From positions 1 through 30,348 of IMG/VR virus record IMGVR_UViG_3300025151_000183: a stretch of 30,348 bases of DNA; one strand, written 5' to 3'. The translations under genes were made by a program, and so were the position numbers. The DNA comes from a virus (Duplodnaviria > Caudoviricetes). Position 1 is the stretch's first letter. Each line of letters begins with the position of its first letter. Shown here in pieces: positions 7,511 to 14,017 of this stretch. The notes beneath the pieces were generated by a model, which saw only the letters and a program-made list of their open reading frames with translations, did not search any database and was not told where the DNA came from.

Positions 7511-9096
7511 TGTCTGCTAAATCTCGTTATGACAGACTGTCTTCGGATCGTTCACAGTTTCTCAACAGTGCTAGACAAGCATCAGATCTGACTCTTCCGT
7601 ATCTTATCCGAGAGGATGAGAACTTCACTAAAGGTGCACGTAAACTAACTACTCCGTGGCAATCAGTTGGAGCTAAGGGTGTGGTGACGCTTGCAAGTAA
7701 ACTTATGCTTGCATTGCTACCTCCACAAACTAGCTTCTTCAAGCTACAAGTTAATGACATCAACCTTCCTGAAGAACTCGGACCAGAGATCAGAGCAGAA
7801 CTTGACTTGTCGTTTGCTAAGATTGAACGCACCATCATGGAATCTATTGCAGCTTCCAGTGATCGTGTTGTCGTTCACCAAGCACTCAAGCATCTTGTTG
7901 TAGCTGGAAATGCTCTTATCTACATGGGTAAGGATGGGCTCAAGCTTTATCCTTTGAACCGCTACGTGGTAGATAGAGATGGTAACGGTAATGTTATTGA
8001 AATTGTAACAAAGGAAACAGTCTCGAAAAAATTACTGAAAAAATCTTATCCAGATTACAAGATTGAACAACCCAATTCACCATCTGATAACACGACTCAC
8101 CAAGATGATGAATGTGATATCTATACTCACGTCAAACTAGACAACAATCGTTGGCTGTGGCACCAGGAAGTGTACGATCAAATCCTTCCTAAGTCTGCAG
8201 GCAAGGCACCTCTTGACGCCAACCCCTGGCTTGTGCTACGATTCAACCACGTAGACGGTGAGGTCTACGGACGTGGACGAGTGGAAGAATTCATCGGTGA
8301 CCTGAAGTCACTTGAATCTCTGTCACAAGCACTCGTCGAAGGCAGCGCTGCAGCTGCTAAGGTAGTGTTTACTGTCAGCCCGAGCAGTACCACCAAACCA
8401 CAGACCCTTGCCAAAGCAGGCAACGGTGCTATCATCCAGGGACGCCCTGATGACATTGGTGTGGTACAGGTTGGCAAGACAGCTGACTTCCAAACGGCTT
8501 ACCAGATGGTAGGCACGTTGTCGCAGCGGTTGAGTGAAGCGTTCCTTGTGCTTAACGTGCGGGACTCTGAGCGCACCACTGCTGAAGAAGTTAGGATGAC
8601 TCAGCTTGAACTTGAACAGCAACTAGGCGGACTCTTCTCCTTGCTGACTGTTGAGTTCCTTGTGCCTTACCTCAATCGTAAACTGAACGTTGCCCAAAAG
8701 ACTGGTGAGATTCCTCGCCTTCCCAAGGGTGGTATTGTCAGTCCTACTATTGTGGCTGGTATCAATGCCTTGGGTCGTGGGCAAGACCGAGAAAGCCTTG
8801 GTCAATTCCTCATGACTATCGCCCAGACTATGGGTCCTGAAGCTCTTCAAACTTACATCAACCCTGAAGAAGTGGTCAAGCGTTTGGCTGCATCGTCTGG
8901 TATTGATGTACTGAATCTTGTTAAGAGTATGCAAGAGGTTCAGCAAGAACAACAGATGGCTGCACAACAGCAGCAAGATCTGGCATTGGCTCAGCAGACT
9001 GGTCAACTCGCTTCTGTCGATCAGAAACGTGAGCAGGCTATGATGCAGCAAATGCAGCAAGAACAGCCCACCGAAACTCCCCCACCAATTGAATGA
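7510..9096 (+). CDS. Portal (head-tail connector), T7 gp8-like
   Basis: PWQSVGAKGVVTLASKLMLALLPP..SFF, GEVYGRGRVEE, RDSERTTAEEVR, ALGRGQD. Confidence 0.97.
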   Translation: MSAKSRYDRLSSDRSQFLNSARQASDLTLPYLIREDENFTKGARKLTTPWQSVGAKGVVTLASKLMLALLPPQTSFFKLQVNDINLPEELGPEIRAELDLSFAKIERTIMESIAASSDRVVVHQALKHLVVAGNALIYMGKDGLKLYPLNRYVVDRDGNGNVIEIVTKETVSKKLLKKSYPDYKIEQPNSPSDNTTHQDDECDIYTHVKLDNNRWLWHQEVYDQILPKSAGKAPLDANPWLVLRFNHVDGEVYGRGRVEEFIGDLKSLESLSQALVEGSAAAAKVVFTVSPSSTTKPQTLAKAGNGAIIQGRPDDIGVVQVGKTADFQTAYQMVGTLSQRLSEAFLVLNVRDSERTTAEEVRMTQLELEQQLGGLFSLLTVEFLVPYLNRKLNVAQKTGEIPRLPKGGIVSPTIVAGINALGRGQDRESLGQFLMTIAQTMGPEALQTYINPEEVVKRLAASSGIDVLNLVKSMQEVQQEQQMAAQQQQDLALAQQTGQLASVDQKREQAMMQQMQQEQPTETPPPIE

Positions 9097-9743
9097 GCGA
9101 ACAACTTACAATGGTAGACGCTGCTCCAGAAGTCAATGACGCTGGACTGAACGCTGCCGAACAAGAATCCTTGCAAGTAGCTGAAAGCTTGGAGCAAGGT
9201 GATGAGCCACTACTGGCTGGTAAATTCAAAGATGCCACTGCTCTTGAGTCAGCGTATCTTGAACTACAAAAGAAACTAGGAGAACCTAAAGAAGATGTAC
9301 GGGACGAAGAAGGGGAGCAAGAAACCGAAGCCCCCGAAGAAGTAGAAGAAGAATCTACCGAAGAGCCTAAAGGCGAACAGCTGACTGAAGCACAAGCTAA
9401 CGAGCTGTTCAAAATGGTTGGAGGTGAGAAAGCTTACCAGTCCATGATTAACTGGGCTGGACAAAACCTTTCCCAAGAGGAGATAGGCATGTACGATAAC
9501 GTCATGGCTAGTGGTAATCCCGACGCTATCTTCTTTGCGGTCCAAGCACTCTCCAGCAAATACTCTGATTCTGTCGGTTCTGATGGTGAACTGTTGACTG
9601 GTCGTGGTACCAAAAATGAAGACAGCAGTTTCCGCAGTCAAGCAGAGTTGGTGCAAGCTATGTCCGATCCTCGTTACGACCGTGATCCTGCGTATCGTCG
9701 GGACGTACTAGATAAACTTGCTAACTCTGACGTAGAGTTCTAA
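9093..9743 (+). CDS. Capsid scaffolding protein, T7 gp9-like
   Basis: Acidic; LAGKFK..LE.AY.EL, VGGE..Y..M..WA, AMSDPRY..DPAYR; follows the portal. Confidence 0.93.
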   Translation: MSEQLTMVDAAPEVNDAGLNAAEQESLQVAESLEQGDEPLLAGKFKDATALESAYLELQKKLGEPKEDVRDEEGEQETEAPEEVEEESTEEPKGEQLTEAQANELFKMVGGEKAYQSMINWAGQNLSQEEIGMYDNVMASGNPDAIFFAVQALSSKYSDSVGSDGELLTGRGTKNEDSSFRSQAELVQAMSDPRYDRDPAYRRDVLDKLANSDVEF

Positions 9744-9919
9744 TGAACGACACTAACATCTGGGCTAAAGAGCCACCCCTCATTATGACTGATCATCCCT
9801 ATGGTGTTCCACACAACGAACGCGCTGAGAAACTGAATGGCCGTGTGGCTATGATGGGTATCATGGCTGCGTTCGGTGCTTATGCTTTCACTGGACAACT
9901 TATTCCTGGTATCTGGTAA
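9743..9919 (+). CDS. hli: High-light-inducible protein, 58 aa
   Basis: Hand translation MNDTNIWAKEPPLIMTDHPYGVPHNERAEKLNGRVAMMGIMAAFGAYAFTGQLIPGIW*: AExxNGRxAMxG chlorophyll-binding motif and TGQxIPG tail; TAATG overlaps at both ends. Confidence 0.95.
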   Translation: MNDTNIWAKEPPLIMTDHPYGVPHNERAEKLNGRVAMMGIMAAFGAYAFTGQLIPGIW

Positions 9920-10068
9920 TGACCAAATCTGGTCTCTATGCAAACATCCACGCCAAGCGTATGCGAATCGCTAAAGGCAGTGGTGAAAAAATGAGAAAGC
10001 CTGGGTCCAAAGGCGCACCCACGGCTGCTAACTTTAAACGCGCCGCTAAAACTGCTAAAAAAGCTTAA
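9919..10068 (+). CDS. Small basic protein, 49 aa
   Basis: MTKSGLYANIHAKRMRIAKGSGEKMRKPGSKGAPTAANFKRAAKTAKKA*; coupled to the hli stop. Confidence 0.85.
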   Translation: MTKSGLYANIHAKRMRIAKGSGEKMRKPGSKGAPTAANFKRAAKTAKKA

Positions 10069-10078
10069 CTCTAAACAC

Positions 10079-10429
10079 ATGAAATTCCTTGCTATCCTCC
10101 CCGCAACCCTGTTCGCCGCTGCTCCCGCACTGGCTGGTCCTTATGCTAACATCGAAGCTAACAGTGGCTTCACCGGTTCTGACTACACTGGCACTGCTAC
10201 CGATTTCCACCTGGGTGTGGAAGGTGCATCTGGTGTTGCCTCCTATGGCATCCAAGCTGGTCCTACTGTTGTCTCCCCTGACGGCGGTGAATCCGAAACC
10301 ATCCTGACTGGTAAGGTCTTCGGCTCTGTTGCTGCTAGTGATAAGCTCTCCGTCTACGGTGAAATCTCTGCTGCCTTTGACGACACCAACTCCTACGGTA
10401 CCAAGGCTGGCGTGAAGTACGCTTTCTGA
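10079..10429 (+). CDS. Secreted small outer-membrane beta-strand protein
   Basis: Signal peptide MKFLAILPATLFAAAPALA, alternating amphipathic strands, C-terminal GVKYAF (BAM beta-signal-like). Confidence 0.8.
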   Translation: MKFLAILPATLFAAAPALAGPYANIEANSGFTGSDYTGTATDFHLGVEGASGVASYGIQAGPTVVSPDGGESETILTGKVFGSVAASDKLSVYGEISAAFDDTNSYGTKAGVKYAF

Positions 10430-10432
10430 TAA

Positions 10433-10513
10433 AGTATAGGGCTGGACTGGACAAGCGCCTTGCCAGCCCTTACTAAAGTGCGCTCATACTTACCCTCACA
10501 TAACAACGCACTT
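10433..10513 (+). promoter_or_regulatory. Structured psbA 5' leader (PhotoRC-like candidate)
   Basis: AGGGCTGG 10438-45 pairs with CCAGCCCT 10463-70; loop AGCGC 10454-58 can pair with GCGCT 10480-84; AAGTGCG 10476-82 pairs with CGCACTT 10507-13. Confidence 0.5.
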
Positions 10514-10518
10514 AATTA

Positions 10519-11598
10519 ATGACTGCTACTATCGCCTTGAAAAAACAGTCGGGTGCCTGGGAACAATTTTGTGACTGGGTAACTTCGACTAATAATCGCC
10601 TTTACGTTGGTTGGTTTGGAACACTGATGATTCCGTGTCTCCTTGCTGCCACCACTTGTTTCATCGTAGCGTTCATCGCTGCGCCACCCGTAGACATTGA
10701 TGGAATCCGAGAACCAGTCGCAGGCTCCCTCCTCTATGGAAACAACATCATATCGGGAGCCGTCGTTCCGAGCAGCAATGCCATCGGACTACACTTCTAC
10801 CCAATTTGGGAAGCTAGTTCACTTGATGAATGGCTCTACAACGGGGGACCGTTCCAACTCGTCGTCTTCCACTTCCTCATTGGTATCTATGCTTACATGG
10901 GACGAGAGTGGGAACTTAGCTATCGATTAGGGATGCGTCCCTGGATCTTTGTTGCCTACTCTGCTCCTGTCGCTGCAGCCTCTGCAGTGTTCCTCATCTA
11001 CCCCTTCGGTCAAGGATCTTTCTCTGATGCAATGCCACTCGGTATCTCCGGTACGTTTAACTACATGCTGGTCTTCCAAGCTGAACACAATATTCTCATG
11101 CATCCGTTCCACATGCTTGGAGTCGCTGGTGTATTTGGGGGTAGCCTGTTTAGCGCTATGCACGGTAGTCTTGTCACGTCTTCTCTTGTTCGTGAAACGA
11201 CAGAGGACATGTCTCTTAATTATGGCTACAAGTTTGGTCAAGAGGAAGAGACGTATAACATTGTAGCTGCACATGGATACTTCGGACGACTTATTTTCCA
11301 GTACGCATCCTTTAACAATAGCCGTAGCCTTCACTTTTTTCTGGCTGCTTGGCCTGTCGTTGGCATTTGGTTCACTAGTTTGGGCGTGTCTACGATGGCC
11401 TTTAATCTTAACGGTTTTAATTTTAACCAGTCCCTACTGGATAGCCAGGGACGTGTTGTGCGGACTTGGGCTGATGTGCTCAACCAAGCGAACCTTGGAT
11501 TCGAAGTCATGCATGAACGTAATGCTCACAACTTTCCACTAGACCTCGCTGCTGCAGACGTAACTCCTGTTGCTCTTACTGCACCTGCTGTAGGCTAA
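10519..11598 (+). CDS. psbA: Photosystem II D1 protein
   Basis: [47 protein letters not shown]; full length and uninterrupted. Confidence 0.99.
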   Translation: MTATIALKKQSGAWEQFCDWVTSTNNRLYVGWFGTLMIPCLLAATTCFIVAFIAAPPVDIDGIREPVAGSLLYGNNIISGAVVPSSNAIGLHFYPIWEASSLDEWLYNGGPFQLVVFHFLIGIYAYMGREWELSYRLGMRPWIFVAYSAPVAAASAVFLIYPFGQGSFSDAMPLGISGTFNYMLVFQAEHNILMHPFHMLGVAGVFGGSLFSAMHGSLVTSSLVRETTEDMSLNYGYKFGQEEETYNIVAAHGYFGRLIFQYASFNNSRSLHFFLAAWPVVGIWFTSLGVSTMAFNLNGFNFNQSLLDSQGRVVRTWADVLNQANLGFEVMHERNAHNFPLDLAAADVTPVALTAPAVG

Positions 11599-11605
11599 TC
11601 TCCGT

Positions 11606-11658
11606 CCGTTCATCCCCACAAGGGACGCATGAAGCTTGATCATGGAACGGGGGTCAAG
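11606..11658 (+). ncRNA. Glutamine riboswitch-like RNA (Downstream-peptide / glutamine-II type)
   Basis: P1 CCGTTC 11606-11 / GAACGG 11645-50; hairpin TCCC 11613-16 / GGGA 11622-25; CATG 11628-31 / CATG 11641-44; pseudoknot CTTGAT 11635-40 / GTCAAG 11653-58; directly upstream of a YRG-motif peptide. Confidence 0.82.
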
Positions 11659-11673
11659 TACTTGGAGATTATC

Positions 11674-11736
11674 ATGGCTATTCAAGTCACCTACAAGTAT
11701 CGCGGCGTTTCTTACACCAAACAGGTAGTCCGTTAA
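11674..11736 (+). CDS. 20-aa YRG-motif peptide (DUF4278-like)
   Basis: MAIQVTYKYRGVSYTKQVVR*; GGAG at 11664-67; YRGxxY is typical of ORFs behind Downstream-peptide RNAs. Confidence 0.8.
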   Translation: MAIQVTYKYRGVSYTKQVVR

Positions 11737-11885
11737 AGCGGCATAGGGAGGTGCAAACCCTCCCTTACCTATTGGCATTGGCCCTTACGAGGACACCCTT
11801 TGCCGTCTAGACGGTGGGATAGACCACAATAAAACTAAATAACTCTGAACGTTCAGAGAGTTGCTAATAACTACTCTCTTTAAAA

Positions 11886-13058
11886 ATGGCTTTTCAATCT
11901 TCTGTCAACCCTGCGCAGCTAACCCGGCAAGGCCAAAACAATGGTACCGGTGACGCTCGCGCTCTTTACCTGAAGTTGTTTTCAGGTGAAATGTTCAAAG
12001 GCTTCCAAAACAACACGATCGCGCGTGATCTTGTGATGCGTCGTGTACTCAAAGGTGGTAAGAGTCTCCAGTTTATCTACACTGGACGTACTACCGCTGA
12101 GTACCATACTCCTGGTAACAGCATCCTTGGTGATTCGGATGGTCGTCCCCCGGTGGCTGAGAAGACGATCACCTGTGATGATCTTCTGATCTCCAGTGCA
12201 TTCGTGTACGAATTGGATGAAGTTCTGTCGCATTACGACCTGCGTAGCGAAATCTCTCGCAAGATTGGTTATGCTCTCGCAGAAAAGTATGACCGTTTGA
12301 TCTTCCGTGCTATCGCCAAAGGTGCACGTCAAGCTTCTCCTGTCCAATCCGTTGGTACCGGTGGTAGCCTGGTGAGCATGGAAGAGCCTGGTGGTACCCA
12401 GATCCAAGTTGGTACTGGTACCGGTGCTCTGTCTGATGCTTATGATGCCGCTAAGCTGGTGTCCGCATTCTATGATGCAGCTGCTGCTCTTGACGAAAAG
12501 GGCGTCAGCCAAGACGGTCGTGTTGCCGTCCTGAACCCCCGTCAGTACTACGCTCTGATTCAAGCTACTGGTGACAGTGGTCTGATCAACCGCGATGTCC
12601 AAGGTGCTGCGCTGCAAAGCGGCCAGGGCCTGGTTGAGATCGCTGGTATCAAGATCTACCGTAGCATGAATATTCCTTTCATGGGTAACTACGGTGTCAA
12701 GTACGGCGGTACCACTGGTGTTGGTGCTCCTGGTAACACTGGCGACTTCGTTGGTAGCGATACCGAACTCGAAGACGGCGGCGGTGTCACCGGCATGAAC
12801 AACAACTACGGTGAGCAAAATGCTTTCGATACTTCCTGTGGTCTGATCTTCCAACGTGAAGCAGCCGGTTGTGTTGAAGCTATCGCTCCTCAAGTTCAGG
12901 TCACCAGCGGTGACGTGTCCGTGATTTATCAGGGTGACGTTATCCTGGGTCGTCTCGCCATGGGCGCTGACTTCCTGAACCCCGCTGCTTGTGTGGAACT
13001 CCACGCTACCAGCACTGCAGGTTCTGCCTTCGGCACGACTTATCCTGCTAACGCCTGA
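11886..13058 (+). CDS. Major capsid protein, T7 gp10-like
   Basis: ALYLKLFSGEMF, GGKSLQF, DDLLISS, YDLRSEIS..IGYALA, GRLAMGA..LNPA. Confidence 0.97.
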   Translation: MAFQSSVNPAQLTRQGQNNGTGDARALYLKLFSGEMFKGFQNNTIARDLVMRRVLKGGKSLQFIYTGRTTAEYHTPGNSILGDSDGRPPVAEKTITCDDLLISSAFVYELDEVLSHYDLRSEISRKIGYALAEKYDRLIFRAIAKGARQASPVQSVGTGGSLVSMEEPGGTQIQVGTGTGALSDAYDAAKLVSAFYDAAAALDEKGVSQDGRVAVLNPRQYYALIQATGDSGLINRDVQGAALQSGQGLVEIAGIKIYRSMNIPFMGNYGVKYGGTTGVGAPGNTGDFVGSDTELEDGGGVTGMNNNYGEQNAFDTSCGLIFQREAAGCVEAIAPQVQVTSGDVSVIYQGDVILGRLAMGADFLNPAACVELHATSTAGSAFGTTYPANA

Positions 13059-13077
13059 TAATTTTATATCGTTTTAT

Positions 13078-13106
13078 GGGAGCTCCTTCGGGGGCTCCTT
13101 TTTTTT
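13078..13106 (+). terminator. Intrinsic terminator after the capsid gene (T-phi position)
   Basis: GGGAGCTCC-TTCG-GGGGCTCCT followed by a T run; C(UUCG)G tetraloop. Confidence 0.93.
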
Positions 13107-13132
13107 AATTCCTTATTGAGAATAAGAATCAA

Positions 13133-14017
13133 ATGCCTTACTCGACTACTGGCTCCAACACTGAGCTACAAGCTGTTAATCAGATCCTGGCGTCAGTTGG
13201 TCAGGCTCCTGTAAATTCTCTTGAGACTGAAGAAACTTTTGTACTAGAAAAGACTGATAGTTTTACGGGGTCAATTAGTGGCACCACTTTGACTACGGAA
13301 ACTTCTGGTATTGCAGTCGGTACCTATATCTCTGGTACTGGTGTAACAACTAATACTTCTATTGCTACTGCAGGTGTTGCCCAAGGCACCACTCCTGAGA
13401 CGTATAACTACACGGTTAATATCTCTCAGACTGTAGGTAGCACTACGATGCTCAAGTCTATTGTTTCTTACAAAGTTGAAAACCAAACCAACCCGGAAGT
13501 TGCGATTGCATACAACACACTTCAGGAGGTTTGTCGGGAAGTCCAATCGGAAGGATGGTCTTTCAATAGGGAACGTAACTACACTGCTATTCAGCCAGAC
13601 AGCAGCAACAAAGTACAGATTCCCAACAACGTTATCCAGATTGATCTTAGTCAGGATTACGTAGCTAACTTGGGACGCAATGCAGTTAACCGTGGTGGTT
13701 ACCTGTACGATACTATCAAGCACACTGATGTGTGGGATACTGGGGAAACTCTTTACCTGGATGTGGTGTGGGAGTATGACTATACTTATCTTCCTCAACC
13801 TGTCCAAGCTTATATCGTAGCACGTGCTGCAGCTATTGTCTCTAGCCGAGTCGTTGGTGATCCTAACCAATACCAAATGCTGCAACAGAAGGAAGCGTAT
13901 GCAAGGGCTATGGCTCTTGAGTACGAATGCAATCAAAATGATCTAACTTATTTCGGTGATCCTCAAGAAGGTAACTACTATAAGAGCTACAATCCATTTA
14001 ATGCACTGATTCGATAA
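13133..14017 (+). CDS. Tail tubular protein A (gp11-like) with an internal insertion
   Basis: TELQAVNQILASVGQAPV, EVQSEGWSFNRE, LPQPVQAYI.ARAA. Confidence 0.93.
   Translation: MPYSTTGSNTELQAVNQILASVGQAPVNSLETEETFVLEKTDSFTGSISGTTLTTETSGIAVGTYISGTGVTTNTSIATAGVAQGTTPETYNYTVNISQTVGSTTMLKSIVSYKVENQTNPEVAIAYNTLQEVCREVQSEGWSFNRERNYTAIQPDSSNKVQIPNNVIQIDLSQDYVANLGRNAVNRGGYLYDTIKHTDVWDTGETLYLDVVWEYDYTYLPQPVQAYIVARAAAIVSSRVVGDPNQYQMLQQKEAYARAMALEYECNQNDLTYFGDPQEGNYYKSYNPFNALIR

Noticed and set aside
8929-9065. Gln-rich CAG/CAA run at the portal C-terminus
   Set aside because: Ordinary low-complexity helical tail of T7-like portals.
11737-11830. Complete tRNA gene or attP site
   Set aside because: Only a T-arm-like hairpin is present; no D-arm, anticodon arm or acceptor stem, and no integrase in the window.
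11982-13004. 340-aa antisense ORF under the capsid gene
   Set aside because: Codon-aligned shadow of a strongly biased gene that avoids TTA/CTA/TCA; no recognisable motifs.
13030-13106. T7 10A/10B-style capsid frameshift extension
   Set aside because: Tandem stops TGA TAA and an immediate terminator leave no room for an extended frame.
13271-13936. 221-aa antisense ORF under gp11, and the other minus-strand ORFs in the track
   Set aside because: All lie opposite well-supported + strand genes of a unidirectional T7-like genome and show no motifs.
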